From contig CAMDJP010000001.1 in assembly GCA_945900775.1 (NCBI GenBank), positions 81,822 through 145,821 on the forward strand: a stretch of DNA of 64,000 nucleotides, read 5' to 3'. The notes beneath the pieces are model-generated. The model worked only from the letters and a program-made list of their open reading frames with translations, had not been told where the DNA came from and made no database searches. Source of the DNA: Akkermansia muciniphila. Its GTDB lineage: Bacteria; Verrucomicrobiota; Verrucomicrobiia; Limisphaerales; SIAT01. This document shows, one piece after another, positions 45,950 through 54,016 of this stretch; positions within the stretch are counted from its first letter, which is position 1; every line of letters begins with the position of its first letter. The position numbers were made by a program, and so were the translations under genes.

Positions 45950-48403
45950 CTACTTCGCCGGCACCTTGTTGATCGTGTGGTAGATGTCGTACTTAAGCGT
46001 CGCGCCGTCGGCGGTCTTGAGGTCCACCTTGAGGAGCGATTGCATCACGGGCCGGACGGAACCAATCTCAAGGAAGATGGTCCGCTTGTCACTGGAGAGC
46101 TTGGCGGACTTGACTTCGACCTTGTCGCGCCCGAGTTGGTCGGGAGCGGAGGGTTTGTAATCCTTGGAGCCGTAGTTGGAACTCCAGCGGTAGTTCCACT
46201 GCTCGAGGCTGTAGCTGCCGAGGTCTTCTGCGAGCGAAGCGTCGAGCGGGGTGGTGAAGGTGACTTCGATGCCAGTGGGGCGGATGCGAACCTCCTCTGG
46301 CATGCGAACGGGTTGACCAGTGTAGCGGACTCGGTGGAAGGCGCCGGTCTTGGGGCCCTTTGACTGCCAAACCACGAGGCCGCAGAGGTAGAGCTGGCCA
46401 TCCTTGGCATTGAAACGGCCGCGCATAATACCCGACTCGAATTTCAAGGGGAACTTAATGGCCGCACCCTGGACCTGACCGTCGACAAACTCGTGCGAGA
46501 GCTTGTGCAGGGCACAGGCACCGTATGAGAGGTGGAGGATGTCGCCCTTGAAGGGGCCCCACTTGTCGCTGGTGACCCAGGTCTGACCGCCGGAGGAGTT
46601 GTCGATGTCGTAGGTGTGCGGGAGCCAGACAATCGGCTTGTCGTAGTCGACGGGGATGGTCTCGGAGAGGGTCTTGAACTGAGGGCTGTTCACGGAAAAC
46701 TTGGCGACCTCCTTGGCGTCGACGTAATGAATAACGTTAGTCCCCTGCACCGCCAGGCGCGGGCCTCGCGCTGTATGAATGTGGCCGAGGAAACCGCCCG
46801 GCTTGGTGAGGTCCACGCGCGAGCTAGGAATCCAGTTACCCTCGTTATCGGCGGTGGTGAGCTCGCCGTTGGGGCCGACACCCATACCGTTGGGGGCGCG
46901 AAGGCCGGTGGCGATAACATCGAGCCGCGAGCCATCCTTGCTCACACGTAGGAGGCAGCCGTGGTGCTGATGCCGGAAGGGGCCGAGGTTGCCGCCCTTG
47001 GTGAAGTAGAAGTTGCCCTCGGGGTCGGTGTCCAGGTTGAGGTTGAACTCGTGGTAATGGTTGGAGATGGCGACGTGGTTGTTGAAATTCTCGTAGAAGT
47101 CGGCCTCGCCATCCGCGTTGAGGTCGTGCAGGCGGGTGATTTGGTCGCGGCCGAGGACATACACCTTCTCATCTTGCACCTTGAGGCCGAGGGGTTGGAA
47201 AAGACCGGTGGCGAAACGCTTCCACTTCACGTTCGCGAGCGTCGCGTCAATGCCGCTGACGATCCAGACGTCGCCGCTGACGGAACAGAGGGCGGCAGTG
47301 GTGCCATCCTTGAAGAAGTCGAAACCCGAGGAACGAATCCATGATTTCCAGGGGTTGGCGTCGAGGTCGGGTTGGGTGATGGTGTCCACTTGGTAAGGGC
47401 CTTCTTCGGTGCCGAGGACGCCCTTGACCGCAATAGCATCGCCCCAGTTGCGCGGACCGCCTTGGGTGAGTTTGGCGAGATCCGGAAAGGTCGCCTTGTT
47501 GGCTGGGGAGAGAAGCGCGGGCTGCACCTTGGCTAAGTCGGCAGCGGCCCCGTTCCAAATGGAGATCTTCAGATGGGCATTGCCGTCGGCGCCAACCGGC
47601 CCAGCAATCTTGAAGAGCACCTTGTTGCCGACAGCGATTTCGAAGGCGCCCTTTGCGCCGCTGCTGGCAATGGCGGTTAAGCGGTCACCGCTTTCAAGAA
47701 GGACGAGGCCATTCTCGACGCGGGCCTTTGCCTTGGCGTCCTCGAGCAAAAACATCGTGAGCGGCGCGGTGGCACCAGTGAGCTGCATCGTGCGGGTAAA
47801 GATTTTGTTCTGCGAATCAAACCCGGGCAACTCAAGCACGGAGGCTTTGCCGACGGTGTAGGAGAGCACGACCTGCTTGTCATTAAGATACATGCCGCGC
47901 CACTTGGCCCACTCGTTGGGAAGCGGACCGAAAGAGACGGCGTCGCCAGCGATAATCGGGGGCTTCGGCTCGATGAAGTTTCCCTTCACATCGGCCCAGC
48001 CGGCGTGGAGCGTGGTGGCGAAGGCGATCTCTCCCGCCGGAGTGGGAACACCCTCGAGGCCCTCGCGGCCGGTGGCGAGTTGCATGAATCCGCCAGTCCA
48101 ACCAGCGGCCATGCGGAGACGCTCGGTATCGAAGGAGAGCGTAGCCTCGCCTTGGTCCCCGACGCGGATGGAAAGAGCCTTCAGCGCTGGTCGTATCTTT
48201 TGGCCGGCGACGGTCGCCTCTAGGCCGCTCGCGAAAAACGAGCCGAGTTCCATGGCGTCCCATTTGGTTCCTTTGCGTGCCTTGGGGGCGGGCGCAGGCG
48301 CGTCCTTGGCTTTCTTCGGCGCTTCCTTCTTTGGCTCCTGAGCTGAGAGCAGGTTGGCTCCAAGGAAAAGGGCGATGAGGAGAACGAATAACGGTGTTTT
48401 CAT
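45950..48403 (-). CDS. Secreted beta-propeller protein, paralog of 26492-28861
   Basis: The ATG at 48403 gives the signal peptide MKTPLFVLLIALFLGANLLSAQ. The central region DLNADGEADFYENF...GLRAPNGMGVGPNGELTTADNEGNWIPSSRVDLTKPGGFLGH is colinear with the other paralog. Confidence 0.7.
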   Translation of the reverse strand: MKTPLFVLLIALFLGANLLSAQEPKKEAPKKAKDAPAPAPKARKGTKWDAMELGSFFASGLEATVAGQKIRPALKALSIRVGDQGEATLSFDTERLRMAAGWTGGFMQLATGREGLEGVPTPAGEIAFATTLHAGWADVKGNFIEPKPPIIAGDAVSFGPLPNEWAKWRGMYLNDKQVVLSYTVGKASVLELPGFDSQNKIFTRTMQLTGATAPLTMFLLEDAKAKARVENGLVLLESGDRLTAIASSGAKGAFEIAVGNKVLFKIAGPVGADGNAHLKISIWNGAAADLAKVQPALLSPANKATFPDLAKLTQGGPRNWGDAIAVKGVLGTEEGPYQVDTITQPDLDANPWKSWIRSSGFDFFKDGTTAALCSVSGDVWIVSGIDATLANVKWKRFATGLFQPLGLKVQDEKVYVLGRDQITRLHDLNADGEADFYENFNNHVAISNHYHEFNLNLDTDPEGNFYFTKGGNLGPFRHQHHGCLLRVSKDGSRLDVIATGLRAPNGMGVGPNGELTTADNEGNWIPSSRVDLTKPGGFLGHIHTARGPRLAVQGTNVIHYVDAKEVAKFSVNSPQFKTLSETIPVDYDKPIVWLPHTYDIDNSSGGQTWVTSDKWGPFKGDILHLSYGACALHKLSHEFVDGQVQGAAIKFPLKFESGIMRGRFNAKDGQLYLCGLVVWQSKGPKTGAFHRVRYTGQPVRMPEEVRIRPTGIEVTFTTPLDASLAEDLGSYSLEQWNYRWSSNYGSKDYKPSAPDQLGRDKVEVKSAKLSSDKRTIFLEIGSVRPVMQSLLKVDLKTADGATLKYDIYHTINKVPAK

Positions 48404-48517
48404 AATTAAGCCCCGCATACTGATGATGAAGGACGGACAAGGCCAACAAAAATTCAGCAACTTGGGGGGAAGATCGCCACTTTTTCCTCGTTCATCGGAG
48501 CCAGGTTGGCTTAAACC

Positions 48518-49507
48518 TTGCCCGTGAGTTTCCCGACCAACCTTTACCTCGCCGCGTTGCTCGGAAGTTTCCTCCTAAGCCTCGCCGCTCTACCTCTCTG
48601 GCGTGCGTGGTGCATCCGAACCGGACACGTCGACGCCCCGGGTCACCGCAAGATCCACGACCAGCCCATCGCTTTGGCCGGTGGTCTGGCGGTCTTGACC
48701 GGAATTCTGCTACCCCTGCTCGGCGGTGTGCTTCTCCTCGGTGTAGGTGACTTGACGGGTGCGGGTCTGCCCGAGATTCGGCATGGATTCGCGCGGCGCG
48801 GTCTCCAACTGGTCGCTATCTTGGGCGGCGCGGTTGGCATGGTCATCTTGGGCTGGCTCGATGACCGCCATGAGCTGCGGGCATCAGTGAAATTCACTGG
48901 CCAAGTTTTCATCGCGCTCCTCGTCGCCGCCGCGGACGTGCGCATCACGCTCTTTGTCGAGAACGCCTGGTTCAGCTACGCGGTGACAGTATTCTGGATT
49001 CTCGCGGTAGTGAACGCCCTGAATCTCATGGACAACATGAACGGCCTTTGCGCAGGACTCGGCGCGATTGGAGCGGGTAGCCTCGGCTGCATTGCGATGC
49101 TGCACGGGCAATATCTGGTCGGTACGCTTTGCCTCTTAGTTTGCGGGGCGCTGCTCGGGTTCTTGCCGTTCAACTACCCGGCGGCGAGCGCGTTCCTGGG
49201 GGACGCGGGGAGTCATCTCGTCGGCTTCCTACTCGGTGTGCTGGCGATTTTGCCGGACTTTTATTCGAGCAAGTATCCAAAGATGTGGGCGGTGTTCACA
49301 CCCCTGCTCATCCTCGCCGTGCCTCTCTTGGATATGGCTTGGGTGGTGTGGCGACGCTGGCAGCGAGGTCAGCCCTTCTACGTGGGGGACACGACGCACC
49401 TGTCGCACCGAATGGTGCAGCGCGGCTTTTCGAAAGCGCAGGCGACGGCTGCAATCTGGGCGCTGGCGGGAGCGTGCGGAATCGCGGCGGTCTGGTTGAA
49501 CCGCTGA
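48518..49507 (+). CDS. Glycosyltransferase family 4 polyprenyl-phosphate sugar-1-phosphate transferase (MraY/WecA-like)
   Basis: 329 aa polytopic protein with HRKIHDQPIALAGG and VNALNLMDNMNGL (a variant of the NxxNxxDGxDGL loop). TTG start as given by the track. Confidence 0.8.
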   Translation: MPVSFPTNLYLAALLGSFLLSLAALPLWRAWCIRTGHVDAPGHRKIHDQPIALAGGLAVLTGILLPLLGGVLLLGVGDLTGAGLPEIRHGFARRGLQLVAILGGAVGMVILGWLDDRHELRASVKFTGQVFIALLVAAADVRITLFVENAWFSYAVTVFWILAVVNALNLMDNMNGLCAGLGAIGAGSLGCIAMLHGQYLVGTLCLLVCGALLGFLPFNYPAASAFLGDAGSHLVGFLLGVLAILPDFYSSKYPKMWAVFTPLLILAVPLLDMAWVVWRRWQRGQPFYVGDTTHLSHRMVQRGFSKAQATAAIWALAGACGIAAVWLNR

Positions 49508-49586
49508 TCGAAAGGAAACTAGGTTCTCTAAACTCCTGTTTGCCAAGAGCACCTTACCGCGGCAGACTGCGCGCCCTCAAACGGAA

Positions 49587-51104
49587 ATGAGCAAGCGTTT
49601 CTACATTACGACGGCTATTGATTACGTGAACGGCCAGCCGCACCTCGGGCACGCCTACGAGAAGGTGCTGGCGGACGTGATCGCCCGCAGCCGACGCGCG
49701 CTGGGTGAGGAAGTCTTCTTTCTGACCGGTCTGGACGAGCACGGCCAAAAAGTGCAACAGGCTGCCCAGGCAGAAGGGAAGAGTCCGCAGCAGTACTGTG
49801 ACGAACTGGCGGTCGCGTGGCGTGCCTTCGCAGAAAAGCTGAACCTGACGAACGACGATTTCGTGCGCACGACCGAGCCGCGGCACAAAGCAGCCGTGCA
49901 GTCGATGCTCTCCCAACTTCACGCAACCGGACATTTCTACAAAGCGGCCTACACCGGTTTCTACTCGACGCGGGAGGAAACTTTCCTCACCGAGAAGGAT
50001 CGCCGGCCCGACGGCACGTTCGACCCCAGCTATGGCGAAGTGACCGAACTAAAAGAGGAGAACTATTACTTCCGGCTCAAGGAGCACCAGCAGTGGTTGA
50101 TTGATTACATCGAGGCAAACCCGACGTTCATCTACCCCAGCTATCGACGGAACGAAGTGCTCGGGTTTCTGAAGAATAATCCGCTGGAAGATTTGTGCAT
50201 CACCCGTCCGGCGGCACGACTCAGCTGGGGGATTCCCTTGCCCTTCGATTCGAACTTTGTCACCTACGTCTGGTTCGACGCGCTCGTGAACTACATAAGC
50301 ATCCCCGAGAGCCGCGGCGAAACCGCCACCACTTGGCCCGCTGACGCGCATGTTATTGGCAAGGACATCCTCAAGTTCCACGCCGTGTACTGGCCAATTA
50401 TGCTGAAGGCCGCAGGATTGCCCTTGCCGAAGCAACTGCTCGTCCACGGTTGGTGGCAAAAGGACGGGACGAAGATGAGCAAATCCACCGGCAACGTGGT
50501 GGACCCCGTGACCGTGATTGACGAGTGGGGCGTCGACGCCTTCCGCTACTACGTCGTGCGCGAACTGGGAATCGGCCCCGACGGGAACTGGACCGACGCG
50601 GGTTTCCAATCCCGGTACGCTTCCGAACTGGCCAACGGCCTCGGCAACCTCATCAACCGCTCGCTCTCGATGCTCAAACGCTACCGCAACGGCGTCGTGC
50701 CCGCGCGCCAGGATGATCTGGCGCCCGACGCGGCGAAGGCGATGGAAGAGACGATCGCCCACTTGCGCGCCAGCGAATTGCAAGCGGCGCTCCAGAGCAT
50801 CTGGGGCCTCGTGAACCGGGCCAACCAGTACGTGGACCAGACCGCGCCGTTCAAGTTGGCGAAGGATCCTGCGCAGGCGAGGCGATTGGACGAAGTGCTT
50901 TACAACCTTGCCGAGACCAGCCGCGTGCTGGCTGTGTTGCTCGTTCCCTTTCTTCCGACGACCAGCACCAAAATCTTTGCCCAACTCGGTCTCGGCACCA
51001 CCCCCACTCGGCTCGATGCTGCGGCGTGGGGAGGGCTTCCTACTGGACAAGTGATTGCTGGTCCCGAGCCACTCTTCCCACGCAAAGATCAGCCCGCCAT
51101 CTGA
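49587..51104 (+). CDS. metG: Methionyl-tRNA synthetase (short form, no C-terminal Trbp111 domain)
   Basis: 505 aa with a HIGH-type motif (PHLGHAYE) and KMSKS (TKMSKSTGN). Confidence 0.95.
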   Translation: MSKRFYITTAIDYVNGQPHLGHAYEKVLADVIARSRRALGEEVFFLTGLDEHGQKVQQAAQAEGKSPQQYCDELAVAWRAFAEKLNLTNDDFVRTTEPRHKAAVQSMLSQLHATGHFYKAAYTGFYSTREETFLTEKDRRPDGTFDPSYGEVTELKEENYYFRLKEHQQWLIDYIEANPTFIYPSYRRNEVLGFLKNNPLEDLCITRPAARLSWGIPLPFDSNFVTYVWFDALVNYISIPESRGETATTWPADAHVIGKDILKFHAVYWPIMLKAAGLPLPKQLLVHGWWQKDGTKMSKSTGNVVDPVTVIDEWGVDAFRYYVVRELGIGPDGNWTDAGFQSRYASELANGLGNLINRSLSMLKRYRNGVVPARQDDLAPDAAKAMEETIAHLRASELQAALQSIWGLVNRANQYVDQTAPFKLAKDPAQARRLDEVLYNLAETSRVLAVLLVPFLPTTSTKIFAQLGLGTTPTRLDAAAWGGLPTGQVIAGPEPLFPRKDQPAI

Positions 51105-51127
51105 CGTACCGCAGCGCAAATAGTGCC

Positions 51128-51148
51128 TGTGAATAACGTGTGAATAAC
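51128..51148 (+). repeat. Tandem direct repeat TGTGAATAAC x2 with 11-bp period, plus a third ATAAC 21 bp further
   Basis: TGTGAATAAC occurs at 51128-51137 and 51139-51148. ATAAC occurs again at 51165-51169. The repeats lie 58-100 nt upstream of the 51227 start codon. Confidence 0.6.
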
Positions 51149-51226
51149 TTGGGGTTGTAGGGGCATAACCTGCAGCTACGCTCTAATCCTAACTCCCATC
51201 CCACTCGTTGGTTTGGATTGAAGCTT

Positions 51227-51691
51227 ATGAAGCGATTGGTGCTATTTTTGTCCATCGGAATACTCGCCGTTTCTGAAGCCGGCGCATTGACCGTTCGCGA
51301 AGCGCTCGCAATGGTTGAAACTGGCGCCGAGCGGCCCACCCGTTGTGCCGCCGATTCGGTCATTGGTGGAAGCGGCGAGGTGAGCCGTTTTCAAATCATG
51401 CCCGATGTGTGGCGCGGCTACACCAAGTCCGATGGCTACGACGACCCCGAAACGGCGTGGAAGGTGGCGCGACAAATCTTAGATGAGCGCGCGAAATGGT
51501 TTCAGCGCGTCACCGGCCGCGAACCAAACAAGACCGAGCTCTACGTGCTCTGGAACAAACCCGGACACTTCGAATCGGCAGGTTTCGTTTTGAGCCGAGT
51601 AAAACCCCTTTACCGCGAGCGCGCCGAGCGTTTCTCCAACCTCTGCCATCTACAGGCGACCTCTACGCGCAAGCCCAAGCCGGCCATCTGA
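51227..51691 (+). CDS. Secreted small protein with lytic-transglycosylase (SLT)-like motif
   Basis: Signal peptide MKRLVLFLSIGILAVSEA. GSGEVSRFQIMPDVW resembles the E-S...Q-[IL]-M-P catalytic region of SLT domains. The assignment is tentative. Confidence 0.5.
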   Translation: MKRLVLFLSIGILAVSEAGALTVREALAMVETGAERPTRCAADSVIGGSGEVSRFQIMPDVWRGYTKSDGYDDPETAWKVARQILDERAKWFQRVTGREPNKTELYVLWNKPGHFESAGFVLSRVKPLYRERAERFSNLCHLQATSTRKPKPAI

Positions 51692-51724
51692 CGCGTCAGT
51701 TTTTGGGCACACAATTTTTCCTCC

Positions 51725-51753
51725 TTGAGAAAAATCTGCGGAAGCAGCATAGT
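51725..51753 (+). promoter_or_regulatory. sigma70-like promoter for the structured RNA
   Basis: TTGAGA at 51725-51730, a 17-nt spacer, and CATAGT at 51748-51753. Confidence 0.3.
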
Positions 51754-51759
51754 GAAGTT

Positions 51760-52026
51760 AGCTTTAGCCGGTCCGCCGGCTCGTTCTTTGCCAGTCCGGC
51801 AACGGTTTTAACCCTGCCACGTTCGTGTATCGAAACAAAGTCCTTGAACCGTATTAAATAATACGGGGCCTTGACTTCGACCATCGGCCGTCAGGCCTTG
51901 ATTGGACTTCGAAAGTCGTCGATTGGGCCCCACCTTGTTCCTAAGCGTTCAAAGGAACTGTTTTCCCACGGCGTTACGGTGGGGTTATCTTTAAAACCGC
52001 TCCGGCTTTGCCGGGGCGGTTTTTTT
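51760..52026 (+). ncRNA. Candidate structured RNA of unknown family: either a stand-alone sRNA or a terminator/antiterminator leader of rarA
   Basis: The 372-nt gap contains only short junk ORFs. The element has a 5' hairpin at 51766-51781, a hand-traced 43-bp long-range helix (51796-51849 with 51947-52005), an apical tRNA-like module, and a terminal intrinsic terminator. Ends are approximate. Confidence 0.45.
51997..52026 (+). terminator. Strong rho-independent terminator 37 nt upstream of rarA
   Basis: CCGCUCCGG-CUUUG-CCGGGGCGG forms a 9-bp stem (one G.U) at 51997-52019, followed by UUUUUUU at 52020-52026. Confidence 0.8.
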
Positions 52027-52063
52027 GTTTCGAGTGGCTGCGTCAAATTGCTAAGCTCCGATT

Positions 52064-53437
52064 ATGTCGCAGGTTGAGTTGTTTGCCACGCCGAAGCCGC
52101 AAGAGCCGTCGCCTTCGGCTACGTCGGCAAAGCCTCACCAACCCGCGCCGCTCGCTGCACGAATGCGCCCGCGTACGCTCGACGAGTACGTCGGCCAGTC
52201 GCACATCCTCGCCCCCGGCCAACTTCTCCGACGCGCCATCGAGGCGGACCGCATCCAATCGCTCATCTTTTACGGACCACCCGGCACCGGTAAAACATCG
52301 CTCGCCCAGATCATCGCCAATCAAACCAAATGTCGATTCGAGCGTCTGAGCGGCGTGGAATCGAACGTAGTCGACATGCGTCGCGTTCTCGCCGCCGCTG
52401 CCAATCGTGTGGAGAACACCGGGCAGCCTACGATTTTGTTTGTGGATGAAATTCATCGTTTCAATAAATCACAGCAGGATGTGCTGCTGCCCGATGTCGA
52501 GAACGGTGTGGTCCGGCTCATCGGGGCAACCACGCACAACCCGTTTTTTTTCGTCAACTCTCCGCTCGTCTCCCGCTCCCAGATCTTCGAACTACGCTCA
52601 CTCACGGAAGAAGATCTGCTTGCTCTGGCGAAACGCGCGCTGGTCGACGCCGAGCGCGGTCTCGGTCACATGCGTATCCGAGCCGAAGAGGACGCGCTTA
52701 AACACCTTGCCCGCGTTTCCGACGGCGACGCACGCAAAGCGTTGAACTCGCTCGAAATTGCGGCGCTCACCACACCGCCAAGCGTAGATGGGTTCATTCA
52801 CATCAACCTCGACGTTGCCGAACAGTGCATTCAGAAGAAGGCGATTGTGTACGACGGCGATGGCGACGCGCATTATGACACTGCCAGCGCCTTCCAGAAA
52901 TCACTCCGCGGTTCCGACCCCGACGCCGCGCTCTACTGGCTGGCAAAGATGATTCATGCCGGCGAGGACCCTCGATTCATCACGCGCCGGCTCGTCGTCT
53001 GTGCGGCTGAAGATGTCGGGTTGGCTGATCCGATGGCGCTTGTGTTAGCAATGAGCGCACACAACGCGGCGGAGTTCATCGGCTGGCCAGAGGCTCGTAT
53101 CCCGATCGCCGAGGCAGTCGTATACATCGCCACCGCGCACAAGAGTAACAGCGCCTACAAGGCCGTGGATGCCGCGCTCGAGGACATTCGCGCCGGCCGC
53201 ACATTGCCAGTGCCGGAGCATCTGCGAGACTCTCATTACAAGGGCGCGAAGCAACTCGGTCACGGTGCCGATTATCAATACGCGCACGATCATCCCGGCC
53301 ACTTCGTTCCGCAGGATTACCTCGGTGCCAACAAGCGCTACTACGAGCCGGGCGACGAAGGTGTGGAAAAGAAAATCAAAGAACGCGTCGAACGATGGCG
53401 CGCCTTGCAGGCTGAGGCACGCAAACGAGCCGAATGA
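52064..53437 (+). CDS. rarA: Replication-associated recombination protein A (AAA+ ATPase)
   Basis: 457 aa with PLAARMRPRTLDEYVGQ, Walker A GPPGTGKTS, FVDEIHRFNK, and a MgsA C-terminal domain (HYDTASAFQKSLRGSDPDAALYWLAKM). Confidence 0.93.
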   Translation: MSQVELFATPKPQEPSPSATSAKPHQPAPLAARMRPRTLDEYVGQSHILAPGQLLRRAIEADRIQSLIFYGPPGTGKTSLAQIIANQTKCRFERLSGVESNVVDMRRVLAAAANRVENTGQPTILFVDEIHRFNKSQQDVLLPDVENGVVRLIGATTHNPFFFVNSPLVSRSQIFELRSLTEEDLLALAKRALVDAERGLGHMRIRAEEDALKHLARVSDGDARKALNSLEIAALTTPPSVDGFIHINLDVAEQCIQKKAIVYDGDGDAHYDTASAFQKSLRGSDPDAALYWLAKMIHAGEDPRFITRRLVVCAAEDVGLADPMALVLAMSAHNAAEFIGWPEARIPIAEAVVYIATAHKSNSAYKAVDAALEDIRAGRTLPVPEHLRDSHYKGAKQLGHGADYQYAHDHPGHFVPQDYLGANKRYYEPGDEGVEKKIKERVERWRALQAEARKRAE

Positions 53438-54006
53438 GCACGGACATCATCGCCAGTAAGGAAGCCCTCCGCCGAGAAATGCGCGCACACGGCGCGACAT
53501 TGGCGGAGCGCGAGACGGCTTCCACAGCCCTGCGTGAACGCCTTCACTCGCTCGATTGCTGGCAGCAAGCAGGGGGTGTCTTGTTCTTCGCCCCGCTTTC
53601 GGATGAACCGAACATTTACTCATCAATCCAGCGTGCATTGAATGAGGGGAAGCGGAGCGCCCTCTTACGCTTCAAACCACGCGAGCAACTCTTCGAGCCG
53701 GTGGCGATTATAAATCCTGAGCGCGACCTCGTCGCCGGGCACTTCGGCGTCCGTGAACCGGCCTCGCATTGCCCCATCCTGTCGATGAACCAACTGGACT
53801 TACTGCTGGTGCCTGGGCTAGCCTTCGATTCGCGCGGCGGCAGACTGGGGCGCGGCAAAGGTTTTTATGATCGCCTGCTCGCGGGATCGCACGGAATCAA
53901 GTGCGGCATCTCTTTTGAATGGCAGCTGGTGGAGTCGGTTCCGACCGAAGCCCACGACGCGATTCTTGACTGCATAGTGACGCCGACCCGATGGATGAAA
54001 ATTTAG
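53434..54006 (+). CDS. 5-formyltetrahydrofolate cyclo-ligase
   Basis: 190 aa with LLLVPGLAFDSRGGRLGRGKGFYDRLL. Its ATG overlaps the rarA stop codon (ATGA). Confidence 0.9.
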   Translation: MSTDIIASKEALRREMRAHGATLAERETASTALRERLHSLDCWQQAGGVLFFAPLSDEPNIYSSIQRALNEGKRSALLRFKPREQLFEPVAIINPERDLVAGHFGVREPASHCPILSMNQLDLLLVPGLAFDSRGGRLGRGKGFYDRLLAGSHGIKCGISFEWQLVESVPTEAHDAILDCIVTPTRWMKI

Positions 54007-54016
54007 TCGACGCGGT

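Noticed and set aside
50049-51119. 356-aa minus-strand ORF
   Set aside because: It is antisense to metG, which has intact HIGH and KMSKS motifs. It has no recognisable domain, so it is a GC-rich shadow frame.
51760-52026. Whether the structured element is a known RNA: tmRNA, RNase P RNA, SRP RNA, 6S RNA, cobalamin riboswitch or T-box
   Set aside because: - tmRNA: there is no tag reading frame or terminal T-arm-ACCA geometry.
- RNase P RNA: there is no GAGGAAAGUCC or ACAGAA...GGCUUA P4 strands.
- SRP RNA: there is no GUCAGGUCC-GNAR-...AGCAGCC helix-8 motif.
- 6S RNA: this was tempting because ssrS precedes the 5-formyl-THF cyclo-ligase gene in Proteobacteria and that gene lies 1.4 kb downstream. 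However, the helix lacks a large central bubble.
- Cobalamin riboswitch: there is only GCCACG instead of the B12 box and no GGGAA core.
- T-box: there is no T-box sequence and the downstream gene is not an aaRS.
None of this can be excluded rigorously without cmscan.
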